Origin: Lophium mytilinum
Taxonomy: Eukaryota
NCBI GenBank assembly: GCA_010093605.1
Contig: MU004183.1
Span: 930,001 to 994,000 of the forward strand
Direction: 5' to 3'
Length of the DNA stretch: 64,000 bases
Shown: one piece after another, positions 48,584-60,835 of the stretch
Numbering within the stretch: position 1 is the first letter of the stretch
Layout of the letters: every line of letters begins with the position of its first letter
Translations under genes and position numbers: made by a program
Notes under the pieces: model-generated
Database searches by the model: none
The model's input: the letters and a program-made list of their open reading frames with translations, nothing else
Told to the model about the DNA's origin: nothing

Positions 48584-49399
48584 AGATGAGTGATGATTTT
48601 CTCTGGTAGCGTAGAGGTTCCCTGGATTTAGACATGTCGTAAACGAAGAAAAGAAATGAATGGAGATGATGTTTCCCGTCGGAGGCGGTCTCTAGATTAC
48701 GATCTTGTTGCGGCGTCTTCAATATGAGCCGAGATGTTCGAAGCTCTTCTTTTCTGGGTCGAAAGTTGTCACGTCATGTAGACGCGGCGTGCACATGGCG
48801 GCTAAATAGCTTTGTAAAACATTGCTTCTAATCGAGGCGAAGACGACAGTAATGAGTAGTAGAAGTGGCACAAAGCATCCACGGTACGACTTTCAAAATT
48901 AATTTCGAGCGGTTCGATTGGGGAGTAGTTGCACTTCCATGAACGAAAGAGGCACGTGGAGGCAGGGACGACACGTGTTACGCCGCCTGTCCATCGAAGG
49001 AAGTTATGGCGCGGTTAGATTGGGAAGTATTTGCAACTGAAGAGGCGAAAGAGGTACCCTGATGAAGCGACGGCATGTGGCACGCAACGTGACATTTATC
49101 TACGTGGTCAGTTCTATAAATTTTACTGTGTCGGTACCAACTAATTTGTACACGACGCTGTGAGGGGAGCCCCAGAAGACTCCCAAGAATAGCACCAGAT
49201 GTCAAGTTCTCGACCCTCGAAATCACCTTTTCATTTTCCTTCCACTGTTGACTACATTTAGGGCGCTGCGGCTACCCACCTCACATTGCAAAGCATCAAT
49301 CAATCTCTCTAGAAATCTATTCCCATTGAAGCTACCTAGAGAATCGAACTCCTCTCATGCTATGAGCAACCACGTCAAAGTCAGCTAACCATGCACACC

Positions 49400-51300
49400 T
49401 TATTTCGCCCATCCAGCAACCGCCTCATCAACATCCTTCCTGTACCTCTGCTGGCTCTCGCACTGCTCAAGGAAAACCTTGTACTTCGCATGCAGCAGCT
49501 TCTTGAGCTTCTCGTCCGTGGTCGGCTTGACCATCTTACCCGCCTTACTGTACCGATCCATGATATTCCACAGCGGCTCGCTCTTGCCCTCCTTATTCGT
49601 GCTGGCGGCCTTCGCGCCCAGCATCGCTGCGCCGTGCACGACGGCTGCATGGACGTAGCGCGGGATCAGCACGGGCATGTCGCAAGCTGCCGCGATCAGG
49701 TCCATCAGGATGCTGTTCTGACACTGGCTGCCGGACATGAAGATGGAGCTGATGACGTGGCCGGATTTGTTCATCGCGTCGACGATCTGGTGCGTCTGCA
49801 GCGCAATAAACTCCATGGTCGCGTAGTAGTATAGCGCGAGCCCGTCGAGGGACTTGTCGGAGCTGAGGCCGATCACGGAGCCCTTCATGTTGGGGTCTGC
49901 GACAGGCGAACGGTTGCCGAAGAGGTCGCCGTAGAAGAAGAAGTGGCGCCCGAGCCAGCTGACGCTGGGTGCGTTCTCTTTCTCGACCATCTCGCGGAGG
50001 TGCTCGTTGAGGTAGTCGTAGATGTTTGTGTTGAAGGTCTCGGCGACCGAATGGGCTTCGTTGAAAGCCGGGTGGGTCTCGATAACGTGTCTGAGCAGTT
50101 CTCCGGTGGCGCTCTGCCCGCCCTCGGCCATCCAGTAGTCCGGGAGAAGGACGTCGCGGTATGGTCCCCAGACGCCCTCGACGAACACTGGCTTCTCGGA
50201 CATGGCGAGATGGCATGTCGAGGTGCCGGCCACGGCAGCCAGACGAGTGAACGCTTGAGATACGTCGTTCTTTGCGTGGCCGGGGTCCAATTCATTCGAG
50301 CCGAGCTTCACCTTAGCACCAACAGTGCCGATCCACCCTGCATACGCATCGATGACACCGCTGCCAATAGCAATTCCAGGTGGCAGACCCATATCCTGGG
50401 CTGCTTTCTCGCTCAAGGTTCCAACTAACTCACCGGCTGTGAGGTATTTGCCGTTCTACGCTTAGTATTAGCAAATAATTTTAAGAATTCAGGGGAAGGG
50501 AGCGTTACTACTCCATCGACGCCGCCCATGCGCTTGAAGTTGTCCTCGCACAGATCCTTCAGACCGATTTCAGTCAGGAAGTCTTCCTGCCATCCCTTTA
50601 CACTACCGTCGACGCCAACTGGGACGAAGCCCTGTTTGCAAACAACGCTGCAGTAACTCCGTGTCTCCCCTCCTGTGGCCATATGTGTAAGAGCATCAGT
50701 CAAGTCGTAGAACTTGCAACGATCGAACAGCTCCTTAGGCATATTATTTTTCAGCCAAAGGACCTTTGGAATTTCCATCTCGATGGACATCTTGCCGCCA
50801 ACATAACGGAGCAGGTTGTGGTTCGTCGCATTGATCTTGATTGTCTCCTCCACAGGCCGGTGGTCCAGCCACAAAATGACATTGCGGTCCAACCCGTCTT
50901 GATTGTCAAAGTTTGGTCCAGTGACATTTACTGGCTGGTCTGTGTCTTCGGAGAAGACGGCAAGAGAGCAAGTAGCATCGAAGCCAATGCCTCGAATAGT
51001 GTCGCCGTCGATGTTGTGCTGGTCCATTGCTCGTCGAATAGAAGAGCAGATGCATCGCCAGATATCGGTGGTGGACTGCTCGTAGTAGCCAGTCTGGGGC
51101 TGCCATAGACCAATAGTCTCGGACGCGAGGCCTACAATGTCGCCCTGATCGTTCATGATGCAGGCTCGCGCGCTGCCGGTACCGACATCAATACCAATGT
51201 AGTGATCCATGTGTGGGTGAAGTTCATTGCGGGGATCGGTTGACAGCTGGCGGGATGGTTTCCGGTGCTGCTGAGTGCGGAAGGGCATTTGGCCGGCCAT
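49400..51300 (-). CDS. FGGY-family carbohydrate kinase (D-ribulokinase / YDR109C-like); 2 exons
   Basis: YIGIDVGTGSARA, GIGFDATCSL, ILWLDHR, IDAYAGW, AGTSTCH, EGGQSATG and DLFGNRSP; intron 50508-50456. Confidence 0.94.
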
Positions 51301-51655
51301 TTTGAAGACTAGTTGCGATGTCAGGAATGCACGAGCGGGATTGGAGGAAGTGTGTCTGGCGGAATGCTGTCGTGGAGCTCTGGCTGGTGGTGGCACGTCT
51401 CACCTTATCTGAGGGGTACCGTGTCACGATAGCTTCTGAGACTCCTCTTGGATGGTGGACGCGTTTTCTAATGAGTGAGAACTTAGTGGTGAGTTCGGGA
51501 GGGTCAATTGAGGTGGCAGTGGGAAAGGGAATTGGTGTAGGAGTTTCGGAGAGAGCTCCCCAGTTTTACGAAAGTGTTGAGTGGAAAAGTAAAACGGCTG
51601 CGCTATGAGCTCATGTCGATCCCACGAAGGGACAGCAGGTAGTGGGGGTGGGGCG

Positions 51656-51687
51656 CACGATGGAGGCACGATGGAGACACGATGGAG
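51656..51687. repeat. CACGATGGAG x3 at 11-bp period, upstream of the FGGY kinase
   Basis: Exact copies start at 51656, 51667 and 51678. Confidence 0.85.
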
Positions 51688-53018
51688 CTTTCACTTCAAT
51701 AACACCTCGCTCTCTATACGCTTCTTACCCCACGGAAGTAGCCGTTAGGATGCCGTGAGCCCAATTCTCACGATAGCAGTGTCTGGTGGTCAGTTAATTG
51801 GCGCAAAAGCAAGTGTGTTTGGCCGAAATTTTGCGGGAGCATGACCCCCAAGTCTGCGGCGTTGGACGGACTGCGAATCGAGGAAGATCGCACCACTTGG
51901 ATGCTCGCGGAGTCGTGCAATTGGACCGGGGAAGGAGGGGCGTTGTGTCGGTCAGCACAGCCAGCGGGACCGGATCCCCTGTTGCAGAGTCGGTGGCCGC
52001 GTTGCCATGTCATCGTGAGTTTCTTGCGCCGCGAGCGGAGGTGGGGAGGTGGGGACCCTGAGGCGTTAGTCAAGGCCTGAGGCAACAGTACAGTACGGGA
52101 TACTGCACTGACCAGAAGCGTCTAGTCCTCCGTATATCCACGTGACCTTGAATGCTCACCTGCATCCCGACTCCGTCTCGGTCTCCACCTCCTCTATGCA
52201 CCCCCTGCACTCCGCAACTCTACTGCTGACCCCCGAACGCCCCGATTATGCAGCAGGCAAGGCTGTGCGGCCTCATTACGCATCATCATAGGTATGCGTG
52301 TACGACAGCTACGCCCTTTGCTCTGACTAGACATCGTTTCATTGGTTCACTCGCTTGTTTGTCATCCTCACACCGACCCTATTCTCCAGCCTCTTCGCAA
52401 AACCTGGTATTAATTGTAGAATAAGGTAGTAAGACTGTCTTGTTCTGATGTGAGCTTTTATCGTTGTCTCTTCGTTTTTGTCTTGGAGTGCGTGTTGGTT
52501 GAGTCATGCGCCGTTCCTGCGCAAACCCCTCCGCGTATAGTCCATAAGCTTTACCGTTATGCAGTGATCGCCCAGATTCATATTCGGCCCGCCCCTGTGG
52601 ACGCCAGATGACCAGCATCAAGCATATAGAGCCCGGACACACTAGGATCGAAGACTTTCAACCCTGACGTAGATCCTAACTAGCTGTTGATGTGCTTTCA
52701 GCTGCTTCAAGCGAGGGCTTACTGATGATTCTCCAAGCTCGTTCAATGACTTTAGGGCATTGTCCCTCGTGCGATCTGCGTCCATCGCTTATTATGTCAT
52801 CCTAGGTCCACTGAATCCGTGGTTTAGGCACTGCCACCGGACTCTCTATGGATTCATTGTGAGGTGAAGGCAATTGTGGCAGGGTCAAGTGCAGTGCCCT
52901 AATTCCCTACAATTGTATATGAACGCTCGGGGGCGCTCTTTCATCTGTTTTCTTCAGATTCATCGTCTCTTCATTCCGATTGCATATCTTCTACGCTCAG
53001 GCACTCTTCCGATTTGCC

Positions 53019-55157
53019 ATGCATTTACTTTCATATATTGTGCCAGCTGTTCTGCTGCCACTCGCTGCCGCTCACAAACCCAAAGCTCACCATGTCCTTT
53101 CTTCAAGGTTGCGGCCGGGAGCGACAATAGAATACAAAGAGGTATAGTTGCCTTTATATCCTTGCCGAGTCCGTCCACAGACGCTAAAACAGGCAGACCA
53201 ACATATGCGAGACGACACCAGGCGTCAAGGCCTACAGTGGATATGTACACCTACCGAGCAACGTTACCCAAGACATTCAAGGCGAAACTCCATTTAATGT
53301 CTCAACTTTCTTCTGGTACTTTGAAGCTCGCCATGAACCCGAGAAAGCTCCATTTGCAATCTACCTAGCTGGAGGGCCTGGAGAGTCCTCGATGTACCCA
53401 GTCCTCGATGGGGAAAGCGGACCTTGCTATGCAAACAAAGACGGAAACAGCACTACGCTAAACCCATGGTCCTTTAACGCTCATGTCAACATGCTCTATA
53501 TCGATCAACCAAACCAGGTCGGATATTCGTATGACGAGATCGTCGACGGCTCGTACCACGTGCTGGACGGCAGCATTACTCCAGAGAAGCTACCTCTTAA
53601 TCAGACCACAATTCCTGGAAAGTTTCCTAGTCAAAACCCAGCGACTACCGCCAACACTACAATGCTGGCTGCTCGTGCTTTGTGGCACTTTACGCAGGTC
53701 TGGTTCACAGAGTATGCTGTCTCCAAAGCAAATTCGAATATTTCGTTAACGCTGAAAGGTTCCCGGAGTTTAAGACATGCGAGAAAGCTATCAGCTTTTG
53801 GGGTAACTCGGTAAGATTCACCCCGGTTTTAAAGTTCACAGTTGCTGATTTGATTCTTTAAGTACGGCGGGTACTACACTGTTGGTGCCCTTGCATACTT
53901 TCTAGAACAGAACGAGAAGATCTTGAACGGAACGCTCGACGCTAAAAGCAACAAAATTCTGCCACTAGACACCCTTGGGATAACGGATGGATGTGTCGAT
54001 ATTCTGTACCAAGGATATTCATATGCAACGTTGCCATACAACAACACCTATGGAGTAGAGCTATTCAATCAGACAGTCTCAGAGGCAGCCGCCGCCAATT
54101 TCACCGGACCTGGAGGATGCTCTGATCAACTTCTACAATGTCGCGCTCTTGCAGCCGAAGGAGACCCCTACGATCTTGGAACGAATTCTACTATCAATGA
54201 CATCTGCGCCGAAGCAATACTGTTCTGTGATGAGTTCGTGGGAGGGGGTGCAATGGTTGCTCTTTCTGGGGTAAGCATATCATCTTCCTCTTCGACTTTC
54301 CACGCTGACGGCCATCTAGCGTAGCACATTCGACATCTCGACCCCTTTGGCAAACCCCCTCCCTCACGCCTACGCCATTGCGTATCTAAACCAAAAATGG
54401 GTGCAAGACGCGCTCGGTGCCCCTCTAAATCACACCGCAAACGGCAATACTGCTGGAGACGCCTTGATTGCCACCGGCGATCCTGCCCGTCGCGACATCT
54501 CCGACCTGAACTTTATTCTCAATTCTGGTATCAAGTTGTCGATGGTGTATGGAGATCTTGATTTCATCTGCAATTGTATGATAGCCCATACTTGCTTCCC
54601 TCTTGCTTTCATTCCAGCCGCTAATATCATTGTCACAGGGATCGGTGCTGAGAACCTCTCCCTACATACAGAATACCCATCCGCGTCCAAATTCCGCTCG
54701 AGCGGCTATGCGAATATCACGACGAACTCAACATACAACGGCGGCGTGGTGAGGCAGTTCGAAGGCGTGTCGTTCTCAAGAGTGTTTTTGGGGTCGCATA
54801 CAGGTACATACATTCTTTACTCCCTTCCCATCCTTTTCGTCCTCTAGCTCCTATACTAACCTCATCTCCACCGTCACAGTATCCTTCAGCCAACCTGAGA
54901 CTGTCTACCAAATCTTCAACCGCGCAATGTTCCACAAGGACATCTCAACCGGCCACCACAACGTCGAAACTGGAAAGGGATACAAGAGCACCGGCCCCGC
55001 TTCCGCGTGGGGCTTCAAGGGCGTGCTGCCGCCGCCACCGCCGCCGGAGTGCAGTATCTTCTACGCCAGCACAAGTTGTTCAGAGGACCAGCTAGCTGCG
55101 CTAGCGAACGGGACGGCGGTGGTGGAGGACAATATTGTAGTGCAGCCGGGTTCTTGA
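53019..55157 (+). CDS. Secreted serine carboxypeptidase (peptidase S10 family); about 7 exons
   Basis: Signal peptide MHLLSYIVPAVLLPLAAA; ICETTPGVKAYSGYV, FFWYFEAR, GGPGESS, NMLYIDQPNQVGYSY, WGNSYGG, YGDLDFICN and FSRVFLGSH. Confidence 0.88.
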
Positions 55158-55314
55158 GCATAAAGAGGTCTATAATTGACGTCCTCTAAAGGAGGAAAAG
55201 GGCAGAAAATGGTTGAGAGCGAGCTATTGTATATCTTAATTCCACAACCTCATTAATTCCAAAATTATACACTCTGCTACCATCCTCCCATCTCAAAAGC
55301 CCAACATTCCCCCC

Positions 55315-57366
55315 TCAAAACCTAATCTTCCGCCAAATACTCTCCCCCAGCCTCAAAAAATGAATCTCAATCGTCCGCTTCTCAATACTCACCGTCGTCC
55401 GCACCTCCTTCACCCGCCACTCCTCGGGGATCTCCTTGCAGCTGCTCACCCACCCCAGCGGCGGCACGACCACCTCGATGCCCCCCTCACCGTCGCCGTC
55501 GTCCTCCATGAACCCGCTCCAGTCGCCGCTGCTCAGCCCTTCTTCGATCTTGCAAACCTCGGCCCCAACCCCCGCCGCGCCGACAGAGTCCCATACCCCT
55601 TCCCGACGTCGGCTGATTAGTAGGAGCTCGATGGCGCGCCGGCGCAGGATGGGGTCGCGGCAGCGGGTTGTGCAGAGGAAGAGGGGGACGATGGGGGAGA
55701 GTTCGAAGGAGGGGGAGAAGGAGGCGGGGCGGGTGCGAGTGCGGGGGGGTTGGGAGGGTGGGGAGTCCGGGGGAAGGGAGTTGGAGGCGTCGGAAGGAAT
55801 AGGGCGAGAGCGGGTTGGGAGTTGAGAGTGGGGAGGGGTGGTGGAGATGTCCTCGGAGGGAAATGCGGAAATGGTAGGGTTGGGAGTGGTTTCGTTAAGA
55901 TAGTCGGAGGAGGATGCAGAGTTTGTGCGGTGGGGAGTGGGTGTAGGCGCGGAAGATGCAGGAGATGCGGATGCCGAGCTGCCGGGTAGTTGGAAGGATG
56001 GGAGAGTGGCGGCGAGGTCGATGATGACTTTGAATGTTTCGAGGTGGTCGTCGTAGAGGGATTCTGTGATGGTTCCCGCGGAGATGATGAGCTGGCACAT
56101 GATACAATACATTCGAAGAAGCGTGACGCCGGCATAGGTCTTTGGGTCCTGTAAGGCTTCGGGAGGGAGACTGGAGCAGTATGCCTCGAACGATGCTGTC
56201 CACGCTAGGAACGCGAGTAGGAGCTGTGCGGAAGATTCTGCGAATTCTGGTCCGTCCATGGTGAGGCCTGGCATATTTCCGTCGGAAATGTTGGTTATCC
56301 ACATCATAGAGCGGAGGAGCTCAACAATGTCGGTACGAGCAGCTGAAGTGCTAGAGTATGCTGGAGGTATTACTGGCAGTGGTGGGCCTGAATGATGGTA
56401 TATATAAGGGGATGTGCTGTCCGAGAAGGTCATGGACTGGAAGTCGAAGCGGTGGAGCACTCCTGCAATCGCATCCTGGAAACCTACGCCGCGCGAGAGT
56501 CGGTGCCTATGCTGGTCTAGAATTTGCAAGCCGTTGCGGAGATGCATGTTCATAGATGTGTAGTTACCCACCATACTCTCGTAGCAGATGAAGATGATGC
56601 AGGCTAGGAGAACTGTTTCTACAGAAGTCTCCCCCTTTTGGTACGCTTCGAGAAGTCGATTGGAGTGCGTGACTGCGCTCATGTACTGCTTGAAACCGTA
56701 GTCGCCCGGGCTAGCTGTCAGCGTCCTCGAGTTCGCGTTGTAGATCTCATGCATGGTGCTAAGAGCTAGCACGCCGTGTTTGATGGCTGGCTCGTAGAAC
56801 ATCATCCGCAGGATTTCCTGGCTCCAGAGCTCAGAGTCGAAAAACTCAGTCCATTGAGTCAGCGTGTGGGCTTTGAAGTATGCAAATGAGCGGTTTTCGG
56901 CGGGGCTGTCGAAGAGAGTGGGCGATGGGCTTCTTGAGATACGGACTTTTGGCCCCGAGGCTCCAGTAGGGACAGAGAAGAATGATGAGTTGCGATATGC
57001 TGCAGCGGCGGCAGGCGACGACTTCCGCGTCAAGGCAGCATCTGTATAGCCCTCACATTTCCGCCCCGTTTTGGTGCACCGAAGGCAGGCGGGCTTCGTC
57101 TCGTCACACTTCACCCGGCGAATGCTGTGGGATTGGTTAGGCCAACCATAGTCGTAGAGTTTATACATGGAGAGGAGAGAGTATAGGTACCGGCAGGTGG
57201 TGCAGCCCGTCTTTACTCGTATCTTGAACTGGCGCTCGAGGGCCCGCAAACGTTCTGACTCCATGGATGGTTTATTCTTTTTGATAGCGAGCAGAGACTG
57301 GGGCAGTCGAGGTCGATATAGGGCTGGGAGAGGTGTGCCACTAACATGTCCCCCCTGGTCGAACAT
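55315..57366 (-). CDS. Zn(II)2Cys6 transcription factor with fungal-specific TF domain; start uncertain (57366 or 57264)
   Basis: After removal of intron 57190-57125: [34 protein letters not shown]. C-terminal [22 protein letters not shown]. Confidence 0.92.
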   Translation of the reverse strand: [683 protein letters not shown]

Positions 57367-58067
57367 TGTCCTGACTGGTTCACTTCGTTTAAGTACACGT
57401 TGGCTAGGGTTGAAACGGGCGAAGCTTTTGTTAGTCCACCGCTACTCTAGTGGCTTGTAGCACCTATGCAGGGTTTGTACGAGGCGTGAAATCCTCCGCC
57501 ACCCCCGTTGCTGACATGACTCTTCAGCAAACCAACAACGGTCCACGCAAGTCTAATAAGCAGTTCCACGCAACTGTTCCCCATCTCGTCTACGCACGCT
57601 TATGCTCAGCCTCGTCGTGCGTCGTGTTGGTGTTGTACACTCAACGGCCTCACCGCCGCCTGCAGAGTCATCTAAACAATATGCATCTGTTAGTATGAGC
57701 TGGCTCCTAATAGCGAGATAATGTTTGGCTGGATGGAACTGTGAGGAAAGACGAACTAAAGTAGCTGGATTCGGTACCCGCGGCTCGCGCCCCACCCACC
57801 CCCTAATCCTACCTTACGGCCGTACCAATCGTTAGTAATGCAAGCTTTCTAATAGATCAATTCGACTGTCCAACACGATAAGACGTCGCAGATTCAAAGT
57901 CCATTAATGGGTAATAACAAGACGATAGGGCTGATTATCTGTGATGTGAGGTCGGCGAAGTAAACTTGCAGCCTTTTTCGGCTTCTGGACAGTGCGCTTG
58001 CCGCCTCCGCACTGAGAGTAGAAAAACATTACTGTAATTTCCGCGCATAAGCTAACTTATTCCTATA

Positions 58068-58405
58068 CAGTAAAACCTGAGTATAGTAATACGCTCGGTT
58101 GGCAGGGGTCATATTACTATACAGAGGGTATTACAGTATCCAAAAGTCACGTGTGGGTGATTTGTAAGCCCCAGCCCCCAAAACAGCGAAATTAGGGGGT
58201 GTTTAAGGGGGGTCAGAGGGGCCACAGACCACCCGCCCATACAAAAATCACCCCTGGTTAGAGTGATATTGGTGGGTGGGACCTTGTAATATTCTAGTAA
58301 GCAGGATATTACTACGCCTCATACAAATTTGTACGGTCAGCCAAAATATATTACTCTATAGAGGATATTACTATAACCTCGTATTACTATACTCAGGTTT
58401 TACTG
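58068..58405. mobile_element. Non-autonomous Tc1/mariner(pogo)-type MITE, 338 bp
   Basis: Perfect 26-bp TIRs: CAGTAAAACCTGAGTATAGTAATACG (58068-58093) and its reverse complement (58380-58405). TA on both flanks; no ORF inside. Confidence 0.92.
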
Positions 58406-58768
58406 TAGTAGCAATTGCCCCTTAGCGAATGATAATAACAATAGCCTACTGGTATAGGACCAGCAAATACTATTACAGGTATAGCTTAGGCTCATAAGTT
58501 ACAGTCATATCCCGTGGAAACGTCGTTTTCTTAAGTCAGGGGCGGACGCGGCATGCGCACACAGCTGTGAAATGTTGCAGCTTCCAAGACCATTAATAGG
58601 TCATAGCAAGACGATAGGGCTGATAAACTATAATTTGAGATCAGCAAAGGAAACTTGCAGCATCTTTGGGCTTCTACACTCAGTAGGTTCATGGAACACG
58701 AAACCTTCAAACCACAAATGCCAGCCACCCGCAAACCTGACACCTCTCATCATCTGCCAGTCTTCTTC

Positions 58769-59598
58769 ATGTCTCATACTATCTACTCGTCCGCCGGCTC
58801 GTTGATCGGTATTAAACACCAGGACGCTGTCCAAATTCCAACATGCGCTTCTAAATCACATCCTCATCGCTCGCCTATCTAAAAGCCCATCGTCGTGTAG
58901 CGCCTTCCAGCATCAAGGGCGACGGCTCAAGCCTTCAGAAGGACCCCAACTCGGACTCTAGTTGGAACACCCCCTTTCGGCTTCTGGATCTGCCACCCGA
59001 ACTCCGCCTCCTAGTGTATTCCTACATAGTGACATGGCATTACCGCGCCGAGACCTTTGTAGAAATCAAGAAAAGATATGCGTTTATCTTAGAACGTTGC
59101 GGTGTCCGGGACTTGCTACGGAAATTTCACAAAATAACTCCACGTTACGTCGTCGAACGCGTAGTACCTCTATTCCTTATCGTCAGCCGTCAAATCAGGG
59201 CAGAAGTACTAGAAATGCTCCGGGAAACACCTTTTGAAATAAAGGATATTGAGCTAGGCGACCATTCGATGGGCCTAGGTGCATTGTTCATGGCAGGAAC
59301 TTTGCCACAGAACTTGCAAGTGTTAGACTGGATGGCCGTAAGTGGCGTCGACCAGACGATAGACGGAAAAGGCTGGCTCTACTTCGTCGGTCGCACATAT
59401 GACTGGGAAAACCAACACGAATGGAAGCGACTGGTCTTTATTGGGCGTTTCCGGATTCCCGATAATCCGTCCGAGGCCACTGTTAAGGCCCTCTTACGGC
59501 GCAAACGGTCAAAATTGCCAGTGGACCTGTTAGAACAGTTCCTAGCGGGGCGTGATTTGCCCTTGGCCTATTACAAAGTCCGGCATCTTTATCGATAG
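58769..59598 (+). CDS. F-box-like domain hypothetical protein; 5' exon speculative
   Basis: The reading frame upstream of the tracked ORF gives PFRLLDLPPELRLLVYSYIV (F-box-like). A putative first exon 58769-58808 splices in phase to 58886. Confidence 0.6.
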
Positions 59599-60835
59599 AA
59601 GTACAAGCAGACGAGATGTGAACCAGGATATACGATGCCGTCAAGACCACAGCCTGCAGGTACACGCAAAGCACACCGCTTACAGCATATCCGTCTATGT
59701 GGTACATATCAGACCTAACTGCTGGTGCTATCAGTCCTTCCTCTTGATTGGACAATGGTCGATATCAACGAGTCTCCTGCAAACTAGGACTAGCGCTCAT
59801 GGGCGAGATGCATGCTATCTTCAGGTTGAGTTCGATCTAACGATAAAACTTACGATAAAAGCAACGCCTGCCTCGGCATTGCTGTCTTCAGAGATCAGGA
59901 CGCGTCATAGATTCGAGCGGAGAAAGTTCCGTATAGTGGTGGAGTCAGGTTTTGCATGTTGTTGAACAGACGACTCTACGAATGCCATCCGCAGCTTCCG
60001 GTATCAATTGTGCTCAGTCGAAAAAGGTTACAGCATTGCCGCTATGGTCTCTCGCGTGGATCCCCCACGCTTGTGAAATATCAAACGGTGCCTGTCGTGC
60101 CCGTCCCGAGCAAGGAGGATCGGCAGTAGCCGAGAATATTTCCGGGGCGCCACAAATATGGCGGCCGCCGCGATGCCTTTATCAGTAACCCAAGCTGAGG
60201 GCGTGGCTAGCTGTAGGCCCCGAATGCGGTGGATCAGCCCCCAAGCGAGCAGTAGACAGATTCAGAGAACGCCTGGACAGTGAGTATGCTACACCATCAG
60301 CATTTGACACATCCATGAGGCTGATTTGCATGGACCTCTTGTGCAACACCCAACGCCGGGCTGTGTTGCTGCAGCACCTGTTTCAGCTTGAACAACAGGA
60401 CCAAAGGCGGCCCGACAACTGTTCCGTCGCAGGGAGACGGCATTTCCCAGGGTCTTCAGCAAACCGCATAGCGATACATGCGCAGTGGACCCCTGCTCCG
60501 CGGGCTTGGGCCCTTTCCACTTTATGCATGTGGCGTATTGACAGCTCCCCTAAACGCTCTCCGCCGTGGCTCCTTGTCGTCTACGATTGGACGTTGATTA
60601 AGAAAAGGCAGACAGATTGGCGCTAGCATAGATCCTGGAGTATCGCGGGCCGATCTGAGGATGGCGTGGTCGTCATCTTGTTTGCACACTGATATGCCCA
60701 CGTATCCACCACCTTTTTCCTACCGTTTCGCTTTTTTCAACCTCTCTTCATCACCTGTTTCCATATGTACAGCAAAATCTATCTCTTTAATCAACTAAAA
60801 TTGTAATCTAAGACTAATTTACATCACCTTCAATA

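Noticed and set aside
49380..49402. Stop-codon readthrough to a cryptic PTS1 in the FGGY kinase (also checked for the aldo-keto reductase at 63380)
   Set aside because: Neither stop has the TGA-CTA context, and the extensions (GVHG, RVFV) are not PTS1-like.
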